DNA from: Nitrospinales bacterium | GTDB taxonomy: Bacteria > Nitrospinota > Nitrospinia > Nitrospinales > VA-1 | Direction of reading: 5' to 3' | Length of the DNA stretch: 64,000 nt | Assembly (NCBI GenBank): GCA_965223345.1 | Contig: CBDCWG010000012.1 | Span: 864,001-928,000, forward strand | Shown here: in pieces, positions 8,987-18,023 of the stretch | How positions within the stretch are numbered: position 1 is the stretch's first letter | Layout: every line of letters starts with the position of its first letter | The notes under the pieces: generated by a model | Seen by the model: the letters and a program-made list of their open reading frames with translations, nothing else | Told to the model about the DNA's origin: nothing | The model's database searches: none | Translations under genes and position numbers: made by a program

Positions 8987-9514
8987 ATGAGAAATACAAA
9001 AAAATCCGTCAGGCGCGCACTCCGCAATGCAAGCGGGTTCACCATGCTCGAAGTGCTGATCTCCATGTCGATTTTTGCGGTCGGTATCCTGGGCCTGATT
9101 TCATCGGTGAACTCCGTCATGCATTATCAGCGCCATTCCAAGGACCTGACGCTGGCGACGATGCATTCCACGGCGAAGCTCGAAGAGATCAAGCGGCGGG
9201 CGACCAACGAACCGACCGGCGGCGCTTACGGTTTCGACTATCTCGTCCGGCAGGATGGAACGGGTTACACCGCCGGATACAGCGGATCCAACTTCAAGAA
9301 GGAATCTTCGGACACCATCGACGGCTACAACCGCAGCTGGTCGCTGGAGATCTATCCCACATCCGTACAGGGTGCGCAGACGTTCGCGACCCCCGCCACC
9401 ATCGCCATGGTGGAAGCGGTCGTGACGACCAGCTGGGTGGACGAAACAGGTGAAACCAAATCGGTGGAAGTAGCAACGGTGCTTCACCGAAGGCAATTCG
9501 TGGGCGGCAATTAA
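8987..9514 (+). CDS. pilV: PilV-like minor pilin
   Basis: SG|FTMLEVLISMSIFAVGILGL prepilin N-terminus; position after fimT. Confidence 0.85.
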   Translation: MRNTKKSVRRALRNASGFTMLEVLISMSIFAVGILGLISSVNSVMHYQRHSKDLTLATMHSTAKLEEIKRRATNEPTGGAYGFDYLVRQDGTGYTAGYSGSNFKKESSDTIDGYNRSWSLEIYPTSVQGAQTFATPATIAMVEAVVTTSWVDETGETKSVEVATVLHRRQFVGGN

Positions 9515-9540
9515 TTCCCAAAAAAACTCGGAGTCATTCC

Positions 9541-11394
9541 ATGTTCAATGCATCTTGGATCAAACAGGAACGAGGCAACACCGTCATCATATTTCTGTTC
9601 ATCATGGCGACGCTGTCCGCCATTGCCGTCGGCGCTCTGCAGGTGACGCAGCTCAATCTCGAGTCCTCCCACGCGCAGCGAAAAGGGGAAAAAGCCTATT
9701 ACGCTGCCGAAGTGGGCCTGGACCTTGCGATCAACGATATCATTTCCAGTTTCGAAAACCTGAGTGTCTACACGACGACTGCGGACAACGGAGGCGATGC
9801 GGAAGGATACCTCACGGTGAACAATTACCGCGGCTACGATGTGAAATACCGGATCACCAACCCGGAATCCCGGTATCTGTATGAAACGGTACAGGGGAAC
9901 TCCATCCTGGTGCATTACGCCTACACCTACGACATCGACGCCATTTCCGAAGCGATCGGTGAAAACACCACCGAAACGCTGAGGGAAAGGATCCGTATTC
10001 TGGAGACCCCGCTGGTGCAGTGGTTTGCTTTTTACGGGGGACCCGGCGGCAACGATTCCGATCTGGAAATCACACCGGGACCAGGCATGACCATCTGGGG
10101 CCGGGTGCACACGAACGGCGATCTCTGGCTGCGCGCCGGCAGCAGCGGCCAGCTGCGAATTCAAAACTTCGATCCCAACAGCGGCACGCCCATCGCTGCG
10201 CCGCACTCACTCACGGCCGCAGGCGTGATCCGCAACTGGCACAAAGGCGGTAACTTCCAGTCCTCGGTCGATCCGGAAGTGAAAATCACCAACACCAGCC
10301 TCGTCTGGGAGGATGAGGAACCGGTCGATTCCAATATCACTTTGGATTCTGAGGAGAGCACCTACAACGATTTTGTCTTCGTTAACGAACCGGTCATCCA
10401 GGCGCCCGGCAACTCACAGTTCGCGCGCAACGGTTTTTACGACCAGCGGGCCGGCAACACCCAGCGCCCGGATGTGGACGGCATCCGCATCATCGGCACA
10501 GGCGGTCTGGGTACCGGGATCACTGTGGAAGTTTCCCGTCCCGCACCGAACACGGATGTCACCGCATTGTTGCTGGCGGAACAGACGTCTGCGGGCACGG
10601 CTTACACCGGACCTGGCAGCGGACCGGGCGATGGCAGCGGGATCATCGACGAAAATCTCGGTGATCTCAAAGACTGTCGCGAGGACGACGACGTGAACAC
10701 GACGAACATCGACTTGTGGGCCCTTCAGAACTGGTATCAGGCTTATATCGCCGATCCGGCAAACGGCGGCGGCGCTCTGGCGGGTGCGGGATTTCTGGTC
10801 TACGCCTCCCGGTCGCCCAACGCGACGTTCACCAACACCGGCGATCCCATGGAAGGCATCCGCTTGATGCAGCTCACCGGCGGATCCGCGCGGCAGCTGG
10901 TGGATGAAACCACGTTCGCGACGGACAACCCGCTCTACATCGACGGCGACTTCAACACTGTCAGCACCAAGGGTGCGGCCCTCATCGGCGATGCGATCAA
11001 TTTCCTGGGCAACAACTGGGATGACGGCAAAACCTGTGACGGCAACCTGACCGGCGCGGATGCGGGTAATAATGGAGAAACCCAGATCACGGTCCGCGCC
11101 GCCCTGTTCGGCGGTTACAGTCCCACGACGTCGCAAGGCGGGACCTACGGCGGTGGACTGCACAACTACATGCGCTACCACGAACGCTGGACCGGCGTGA
11201 CCTCCGACTTCAAAGGGGCTTTGATCGGCCTTTGGGTCAGTCAGCAGGCGACGGGGAACTGGTGTCAGGGATCGGATTGTTACCAACCTCCGATTCGTAA
11301 CTGGGGCTGGGACACGCGCTTTGCCGATCCGGATTTTTGGCCCCCCTTCATTCCCTCCATCTTCGGTGTGGAACGGGTGGGTTTTCTTGAATGA
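9541..11394 (+). CDS. Large PilX-like minor pilin (617 aa) with extended C-terminal domain
   Basis: ERG|NTVII (no Glu5, as in PilX/GspK), KAYYAAEVGL PilX N-terminal motif. Confidence 0.8.
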   Translation: MFNASWIKQERGNTVIIFLFIMATLSAIAVGALQVTQLNLESSHAQRKGEKAYYAAEVGLDLAINDIISSFENLSVYTTTADNGGDAEGYLTVNNYRGYDVKYRITNPESRYLYETVQGNSILVHYAYTYDIDAISEAIGENTTETLRERIRILETPLVQWFAFYGGPGGNDSDLEITPGPGMTIWGRVHTNGDLWLRAGSSGQLRIQNFDPNSGTPIAAPHSLTAAGVIRNWHKGGNFQSSVDPEVKITNTSLVWEDEEPVDSNITLDSEESTYNDFVFVNEPVIQAPGNSQFARNGFYDQRAGNTQRPDVDGIRIIGTGGLGTGITVEVSRPAPNTDVTALLLAEQTSAGTAYTGPGSGPGDGSGIIDENLGDLKDCREDDDVNTTNIDLWALQNWYQAYIADPANGGGALAGAGFLVYASRSPNATFTNTGDPMEGIRLMQLTGGSARQLVDETTFATDNPLYIDGDFNTVSTKGAALIGDAINFLGNNWDDGKTCDGNLTGADAGNNGETQITVRAALFGGYSPTTSQGGTYGGGLHNYMRYHERWTGVTSDFKGALIGLWVSQQATGNWCQGSDCYQPPIRNWGWDTRFADPDFWPPFIPSIFGVERVGFLE

Positions 11395-11417
11395 TATCCT
11401 TCGAGGCGAGGAGAGCC

Positions 11418-13238
11418 ATGAGCGACTTAAGGGAAAAATTAAAATACCATACCAACGAAAGAGGGTTCACCCTCATCGAATTGTTGACCGCGAGTGTTCT
11501 TTCCGTTCTCATGCTCGGCCTGATCGCGGGTGTGTTCTCTTCGCAGCGTGAAACGTTTGTTCTGCAGGACCAGTTGAACACCATGCAGACGAACGGCCGC
11601 GCCGTGACCGAATTCTTTTCACGGGCGGTGCAGAATGCAGGCTACAACGTCTTCCGCGGCACCCGTTTTCTGGCGGCGTCCGACCATTACCTGACGGCGG
11701 TGTACGATGAGGACAACGACGGCGTCATCGAAAATCACGAAGTGATGACGTTCGGTCTGAGCAATGCCACCGGGACGCCGAACGAAACGTTCAGTATCAC
11801 GGCTTTTTTCGATCAGGACTCGGACGGCGAGGTGGACCCTTCGGAAACCGGCACCTATCCGATCGGCATGACGCTGACCGCGCCTCCCTATAATATTTAC
11901 AAAGTGATCCCGCAGAACTCCGGGACCGCTGTGGACAAGCATCTCATGGCCCGCAACATCGACAACCTCATCATCCGTTATTACGATAAAAACGGCGACA
12001 TCCTGCCGGCTTCGGCGGATTCGGATGACGACGGGATTTACGATAGCGGCGCCTACACGCTGGCCCTTTCGGACATGAACGAGATCCGCAAGGTGGAAGT
12101 CGAAGTGCTCGCCAGGACGAAAGACGAGGACCCCAGGGGTGACATCACGCACAGCGGCACCTATGCCGCGGGCAGCGCGGCGACACTCGGTGGCAGCAGT
12201 ACCTACAGCGACGGGTATTACCGTGAGACGTTCAACGCCTACATGGCGCCGCGGAACCTCGTCATGGCCCCGTGGGGCAAAATGGACGTGGTGGCTGCGT
12301 CTGAAAACGTCGATTGTCCGACCTCGAGCACCACGATCACGGCCACGCTGGTTGACTCTCAGGGCGTGCCTGTGAGTTCGGGAATCGACGTGAATTTTGC
12401 TCTGAGCGGCGAGGGGGCCACGGCCTCTCCCACCACGCAGGGCACGGATATTTTCGGCCAGGCCAGCACGACGGTCACCTACGACTGGTCGTCTCCCAAT
12501 GCCAGCATCACCGTGTCGGCCAATTCGCTGATCACCTCGGGCGGCGAACAGAATCCGGTGTTCAACGCCAGTACGGTCAATTTTCAATCTGGAACCGGCA
12601 CGTTCACCGACGATTTCAACGCCAGCATCGATCCGGGCTGGCTGGAACTGGACAGCGGCCCGGATATGTTCCATGCGGACGTCGATCCTGTGGACGGCAC
12701 CGACGATTCGTATCAGATGTCGGCCACCGGCCTGACCCGTGCGGTCAACGGCTGCCAGTGGCAGAAATACCGGGTGGAGTTCGAGCTGACTCCGACGGGT
12801 GGTGTTGATATCGATACCCCGGTTCTGAATCCGGAGGCCCTCGTCGGCGGGTTCCTGCGTTTCGTGGATGCCAACGGCAACTACAGCGTTGTGGTTGAAA
12901 AACAGACCTCGGCCAACTGTAATCCCAGTGATGGATTTGGTTGGTGTCTGAAGCTGGTGAAATGGGACGGCGTTTCCGTCACCGAACTGGCCCGGACCGG
13001 AGTCGATTTCACTCTCGACGAGAGATACAAAATCATGGCCGAGGTGGAAGACGACAACCTGAGGGCCAAAATGTGGGATACGGTGGGCGGCACGATCGTG
13101 ACCGATCCCACTCCAGGCACCTGGGACATCACGGCCACCGACAGCGATTATTCCCAGGGCAAGGTCGGTTTGATCGGCGACTGGTCGAACGGAGCGGACG
13201 TCGTCTTCGATAATTTCGCTGTGACGCCCATCACCTGA
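11418..13238 (+). CDS. Large PilW-like minor pilin with Ig-like and lectin-like C-terminal domains
   Basis: ERG|FTLIELL, VQNAGY PilW motif; ITATLVDSQGVPV...GTDIFGQA (Big_1-like); C-terminal GKVGLIG...VFDNFAVT beta-sandwich; SD GAGGAG. Confidence 0.8.
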   Translation: MSDLREKLKYHTNERGFTLIELLTASVLSVLMLGLIAGVFSSQRETFVLQDQLNTMQTNGRAVTEFFSRAVQNAGYNVFRGTRFLAASDHYLTAVYDEDNDGVIENHEVMTFGLSNATGTPNETFSITAFFDQDSDGEVDPSETGTYPIGMTLTAPPYNIYKVIPQNSGTAVDKHLMARNIDNLIIRYYDKNGDILPASADSDDDGIYDSGAYTLALSDMNEIRKVEVEVLARTKDEDPRGDITHSGTYAAGSAATLGGSSTYSDGYYRETFNAYMAPRNLVMAPWGKMDVVAASENVDCPTSSTTITATLVDSQGVPVSSGIDVNFALSGEGATASPTTQGTDIFGQASTTVTYDWSSPNASITVSANSLITSGGEQNPVFNASTVNFQSGTGTFTDDFNASIDPGWLELDSGPDMFHADVDPVDGTDDSYQMSATGLTRAVNGCQWQKYRVEFELTPTGGVDIDTPVLNPEALVGGFLRFVDANGNYSVVVEKQTSANCNPSDGFGWCLKLVKWDGVSVTELARTGVDFTLDERYKIMAEVEDDNLRAKMWDTVGGTIVTDPTPGTWDITATDSDYSQGKVGLIGDWSNGADVVFDNFAVTPIT

Positions 13239-13293
13239 GCCCAATCAGCCCTGTTTCTGCATGCAGGGTTTTGCGACGCATCTGTATGAAATG

Positions 13294-13352
13294 AAGCCCT
13301 CTCGCTTCTCCCTGACCCGACGGGTACCGGGGGAGAGGTGAGGGGGCTTTTT
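13294..13352 (+). terminator. Intrinsic terminator after pilW
   Basis: 17-bp stem GCCCTCTCGCTTCTCCC/GGGAGAGGTGAGGGGGC followed by T run. Confidence 0.75.
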
Positions 13353-13390
13353 ATTTGCGTGCGAATTTGTTCCCCGTTTTTCCTCAGCAC

Positions 13391-13419
13391 TTGTATTCAA
13401 CCTTCCTTGGATTTAAGAT
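13391..13419 (+). promoter_or_regulatory. sigma-70-like promoter for ALDH operon
   Basis: TTGTAT-17 nt-TAAGAT. Confidence 0.5.
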
Positions 13420-13539
13420 GGTTCTCAACGCCTGAGCCTGAAACGACGGCGATTTCCTGAGTCACAATCCCCGCTCAACCGCGACTTGAGTTGTGCGTGC
13501 GCTGCATTCATTGGTTTTTCTTTCTTGAGGACACCCGCC

Positions 13540-15030
13540 ATGGCCGCAAAGATTTTCAAAAACTACATCAATGGGAAATGGAAGGCTTCGAAGAGTGGAG
13601 AGACGTTCGAAAACATCAACCCCGCCAATGCGAAACAGGTGGTGGGCCGCTTTCAGCAGTCTACCGCTGAGGATGTGAACGAAGCGGTGACCGCCGCTTT
13701 TGAAGCGCGCACGGCGTGGCGGAAAACCCCGGCTCCCAAGCGGGGGGAAATCCTGTTTAAGGTGGCGGAGCTTCTGGTCCAGCACAAGGAACGGCTGGCC
13801 CAGGACATGACGCGTGAGATGGGCAAGGTCATCGCCGAGACGCGCGGTGACGTGCAGGAAGCGATCGACCTCACCTACTACACCGCCGGCGAGGGCCGGC
13901 GGCTTCTGGGAGAAACCTGTCCTTCCGAGCTGAACGACAAGTTCTGCATGTCGGTGCGGATGCCGGTCGGCGTGGTGGCCGCCATCACGCCGTGGAATTT
14001 CCCCATCGCCATTCCCTCCTGGAAACTCATTCCCGCACTGGTTGCGGGCAACACGGTGGTGCTCAAACCGGCGAGCGACACGCCGATTTCGTCCTACCAT
14101 TTCGTCAAGCTGTTCGAGGAGGCGGGGCTGCCTGCGGGCGTGCTGAACTTCGTCACCGGCTCGGGTTCGGGGGCCGGGGCGCCGATGGTGGAGCACCCGA
14201 AAGTCAACCTGGTGTCCTTCACCGGCTCCACGGAGACCGGCAGCCGGATCGCCGCCGACTGCGCCCGGCAGATGAAACAGTATTCCCTGGAAATGGGCGG
14301 CAAGAACGCCATCCTGGTGATGGACGACGCCAACCTCAAGCTCGCCGTGGAGGGCGTGATCTTCGGGGCGTTCGGCACCACCGGCCAGCGCTGCACGGCC
14401 TGCTCGCGGGTGATCGTCCACAAAAAAGTCCTCAAGAAATTCACAGACCTTTTGGTCAAACGCACCAAACAGCTCAAACTGGGCGACGGTCTTTTGGAGA
14501 GCACCGATGTGGGGCCGCTGGTGAATGCGGAACAGCGCGAGAAAGTGCACAGCTATGTGAAGATCGGCAAGGACCAGGGCGGCAAGCTGCTGACCGGCGG
14601 CGCGTTTCAAAAAAGCGCCGGCTGCAAGGACGGATTTTTTTACAAGCCGACGATTTTCGCAGACGTGACTCCCAAGATGCGCATCGCCCAGGAAGAGATC
14701 TTCGGTCCGGTGCTCGCCATCATCGCCTGCCGCAGCCTGGACCACGGTGTGCAGATCATCAACGATTCCCAGTACGGGCTGTCCTCGGCGGTGTACACCC
14801 AGGATGTGAACCGCGCGTTTCAGGCCATCGGGGAGTTGGACACCGGCATCACCTACATCAACGCCTCGACCATCGGCGCGGAAATCCAGCTCCCCTTCGG
14901 CGGCACCAAGGGCACGGGCAACGGCCACCGCGAAGCCGGTACGGCGGCGCTGGAAATCTTCACCGAATGGAAATCGGTCTACATCGATTACAGCGGCACC
15001 CTGCAGAAAGCCCAGATCGAGCATGAATGA
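13540..15030 (+). CDS. NAD(P)-dependent aldehyde dehydrogenase
   Basis: [34 protein letters not shown]. Confidence 0.95.
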   Translation: MAAKIFKNYINGKWKASKSGETFENINPANAKQVVGRFQQSTAEDVNEAVTAAFEARTAWRKTPAPKRGEILFKVAELLVQHKERLAQDMTREMGKVIAETRGDVQEAIDLTYYTAGEGRRLLGETCPSELNDKFCMSVRMPVGVVAAITPWNFPIAIPSWKLIPALVAGNTVVLKPASDTPISSYHFVKLFEEAGLPAGVLNFVTGSGSGAGAPMVEHPKVNLVSFTGSTETGSRIAADCARQMKQYSLEMGGKNAILVMDDANLKLAVEGVIFGAFGTTGQRCTACSRVIVHKKVLKKFTDLLVKRTKQLKLGDGLLESTDVGPLVNAEQREKVHSYVKIGKDQGGKLLTGGAFQKSAGCKDGFFYKPTIFADVTPKMRIAQEEIFGPVLAIIACRSLDHGVQIINDSQYGLSSAVYTQDVNRAFQAIGELDTGITYINASTIGAEIQLPFGGTKGTGNGHREAGTAALEIFTEWKSVYIDYSGTLQKAQIEHE

Positions 15031-15074
15031 TCGCTGATCCGGACCCTCTCTCCCCCCAACCTGGAGGCGTGTTT

Positions 15075-15842
15075 TTGAAAATTTCGGTCCTGTCCAGCGG
15101 CAGCGGCGGCAATTCCCTTTATATCGAAACCCCCACTCACCGCATCCTCATCGATGCGGGTTTGAGCGCCAAAAAGCTGGGCGAGCGCATGGCCGTTCTC
15201 GGCCGCAGCCCCGGGGATCTCGACGCGGTGTTTCTGACCCACGAGCATTCCGATCATGTGGGCGGCGTCGGGCCTCTCCTTAGAAAACACAATCTCACAC
15301 TGCACAGCACCGCAGGCACGTTGCGGAAAATCCAGAAAAAAGCCGGACGCATTCCCCGCTTTCGGGCGATCCGTGCGGACGAGCCGGTGCAGATCGGCGA
15401 TCTGTGTGTGGAACCGTACCGCACGCCGCACGATGCGGAGGAGCCGGTGGCGTTTGTGGTGCGCCACGGGGAACTCAAACTGGGGCACGCCACCGATCTC
15501 GGCTCGGCGACCGCCGCGGTGCGGGAAAAGCTCAAACACGCGGACGTATTGCTGCTGGAAGCCAACCACGATGTGGGGCTTCTGCAGCAGGGGCCGTATC
15601 CCTGGAGTTTGAAGCAGAGGATCCTGAGCGATGTGGGCCATCTGTCCAACCAGGACTCGGGCGAACTGCTGGCTGCGGTTGCGCACCGCGGTCTCAAAAA
15701 AGTTGTCCTGATGCATATGAGCGAAACCAACAACCGGCCCGAAATGGCGCACGCCGCCGCGCAACAGGCGCTGGGGTCGCATCCGGCGGAGATCGTTTTC
15801 GCGCAACAGGACGCTCCCACCGACTGGATCCGGGTGGACTGA
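15075..15842 (+). CDS. MBL-fold metallo-hydrolase (YycJ/WalJ-like)
   Basis: LSSGSGGNS, THEHSDH, PHDA, EANHD, GHLSN; SD GGAGG before TTG. Confidence 0.9.
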   Translation: MKISVLSSGSGGNSLYIETPTHRILIDAGLSAKKLGERMAVLGRSPGDLDAVFLTHEHSDHVGGVGPLLRKHNLTLHSTAGTLRKIQKKAGRIPRFRAIRADEPVQIGDLCVEPYRTPHDAEEPVAFVVRHGELKLGHATDLGSATAAVREKLKHADVLLLEANHDVGLLQQGPYPWSLKQRILSDVGHLSNQDSGELLAAVAHRGLKKVVLMHMSETNNRPEMAHAAAQQALGSHPAEIVFAQQDAPTDWIRVD

Positions 15843-15869
15843 CGCCGCCAGTCTGGTATCCTGCCTGGC

Positions 15870-17210
15870 ATGCAAGCCAATGATCACATCGTGGGCGGCT
15901 TCTTCGGAATGGCCGTGGGCGACGCGCTGGGGCAGGCGGTGAAAGGCCTGAAGCCGGAAACCGTGCGCCAGTGCTTCGGCGGCATGGATGTGTTTCAGGA
16001 CGTGCGGCCTTTCATCGGCAAAGGCGTGAAGCAGTACCGCATGCAGGGGCTGTACGGCATTCCCACGCAGACGGCGCTTGCGGTGCTGGACGGCGCGCTG
16101 GCGGGAAAGAACGCGGATCCTACCCGCATCGCCCCGATCCTGACCAAACTTTCCGCCGGCGGCCCGGAGTCCGGTTTCGGGGTCTACCGCCACGCCGAGG
16201 GCGGCTTTCGCAAAGCCGTCGATGCGATCCTCAACCGGCCCTCGCTGACCGCTTCCGAAGCGCACCTGGGCGGTGGCGCCTGCCTCTCCATCCCGATTCC
16301 CCTCGCGTTGCGCCCGGGCACAAAGAGCGACGTGTTGATCGGACAGTGCATCGATTGCTGTCTGCTGCTGACCCAGGACCGCTGGGAAGTTCTGGGCGCG
16401 GGAGTGTGGGGTGCGCTGCTTGCCGAATCTCTGCAAATCGTGCCGGAAACGAAAACCGCGGAAGAGGCCGCCCGGGAGTTGTTGCAACGGGCTGCGGAAA
16501 CAGTGGTCCGCGTCGAAGAGAGCCTGCGTGCGCGGGCGGCGGTGCTACCTGAGCCCCCAACGGTGCGCGAGAGCGACATCCTGGCGGAGACGTTTTCAAA
16601 CCTGGCTTCCCGCAGCCATCAGGATTGGCCGTCGCTTTGCAAGTGGATCGCCGAAAACGCCAGCGCCCATCTCAAGACCCCGGTTTCCAATCCGGCGCAG
16701 GGGACGGTGCTGACGCTTCTGCCGTTGGCAATGACCGCGGTGTTGAAAAGCGAGGCGGGCTTTCCCGACGCCATCGGGCGGGCGGTGAGTCTGGGGAAGG
16801 AATCCGGGAAACTCGGGGCTTTGGTCGGCTCGCTCGCGGGCGCGCTGCACGGGTTCGCTGCGATCCCGCAGAGTTTTAAATCGGGACTGGTGAACGCCAA
16901 AGAAATCCGCGTGCGTGCGGAAGCGCTGGCTGCAGGGCGTCCGGACCGGAGCGCCAAGGATCTCTATGCGATGGAGCTTGCGTTCACGCAGAAGGAGTGC
17001 GAGGAGGGCAAACGGTTTGTGCCCAAAAAAGCGAAAAAGACCGGATCATTCCGGCCCGCCGCGGCTCTGCCATATCTGGATGACGATCCGGACGAGCCGG
17101 CCATTCCCAAAAAGGAGGACACGGCGGAATGGCGCCGGTTTCAGAAAGACAAGACCCGGAAAAAACGCGACCGCAGGCGGCACCTGGATCCCAACCCGGA
17201 CTGGGAATGA
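15870..17210 (+). CDS. ADP-ribosylglycohydrolase family protein with degenerate metal-binding motifs
   Basis: GMAVGDALG at N-terminus and GSLAGALHG...IP at C-terminal part of the fold. Confidence 0.8.
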   Translation: MQANDHIVGGFFGMAVGDALGQAVKGLKPETVRQCFGGMDVFQDVRPFIGKGVKQYRMQGLYGIPTQTALAVLDGALAGKNADPTRIAPILTKLSAGGPESGFGVYRHAEGGFRKAVDAILNRPSLTASEAHLGGGACLSIPIPLALRPGTKSDVLIGQCIDCCLLLTQDRWEVLGAGVWGALLAESLQIVPETKTAEEAARELLQRAAETVVRVEESLRARAAVLPEPPTVRESDILAETFSNLASRSHQDWPSLCKWIAENASAHLKTPVSNPAQGTVLTLLPLAMTAVLKSEAGFPDAIGRAVSLGKESGKLGALVGSLAGALHGFAAIPQSFKSGLVNAKEIRVRAEALAAGRPDRSAKDLYAMELAFTQKECEEGKRFVPKKAKKTGSFRPAAALPYLDDDPDEPAIPKKEDTAEWRRFQKDKTRKKRDRRRHLDPNPDWE

Positions 17211-17435
17211 GGCCAAAAATCGGCCCGCCGAACCCGGATCGGGGGCGGGCGAGCTTGATGTAAGTTGCGGTTTTATAAGGGTTTTTGCAATAAATGCTTA
17301 GCCATTTTCACGGATGGGGTTATACTGTTTTAGAGCCTAAATCAAAATTAAATCAAAAAATTCAATAAGTTGAGAGCGTTGAATTTTTTTCGTTTCCGTG
17401 AAATTTCTCTACCCATTATCGTAAAGGAGAACCCC

Positions 17436-17927
17436 GTGAAATTGGCAAAAGCGTTTGTAATGGCATGTTTGATCGGTTTGTTCGCCAGTCCTTCCCTGGC
17501 CGAGGAAGAGATTTCACTGGTGATCGGAAAGAATCTGAAAGTGGGCATGCCCTTGAATGAAGTCATCGCTCTTTTGGGCATTCCCAACTCCCTGAACATT
17601 GATCGCGGCACCGAGCCTCTGATGGACAGCGTGGCCATCAAGTATCCCAAGCACGGTGTGGTGGTCTACGCCATGAACAAAAAAACCACGGTGGAACAGA
17701 TCGAAGTGCTGCCTTCGTTCAAAGGGAAGTTCGTGGAGGGCGTGAAGATCGGGGCCAAGTTCAACGACCTGATCGAAAAGTACGGGATGCCCGAGTCGCT
17801 GAACGCTCAGGTTGCCCGTTATCCCCGCCAGGGCCTGTACTTCATGATGGAGCGGGAAGTGCTCGTGTCCGCGAAGGTGTTCACCAAAAACAGCAAGATT
17901 CTCGACTACCAGTTGATCAACCGCTGA
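17436..17927 (+). CDS. Hypothetical exported protein
   Basis: SD AAGGAG, signal peptide ending PSLA, two internal xGxP repeats; followed by terminator. Confidence 0.75.
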   Translation: MKLAKAFVMACLIGLFASPSLAEEEISLVIGKNLKVGMPLNEVIALLGIPNSLNIDRGTEPLMDSVAIKYPKHGVVVYAMNKKTTVEQIEVLPSFKGKFVEGVKIGAKFNDLIEKYGMPESLNAQVARYPRQGLYFMMEREVLVSAKVFTKNSKILDYQLINR

Positions 17928-17958
17928 CGCGGCACCCAGGGACTGACTGGGAATGAAG

Positions 17959-17992
17959 AAAAGCCGGACCCGATTCGGGTCCGGCTTTTTTT
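17959..17992. terminator. Bidirectional intrinsic terminator
   Basis: AAAAGCCGGACCCGA-T-TCGGGTCCGGCTTTT between convergent genes. Confidence 0.85.
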
Positions 17993-18023
17993 GTGAAAAA
18001 TCCTTGGCGCAAGCGGATGGCGC

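Noticed and set aside
11619..15024. Long antisense ORFs opposite pilW and ALDH (and similarly opposite pilM, pilP, aroB, nadB, ftsK, tdh)
   Set aside because: Mirror well-supported genes on the other strand; no family features
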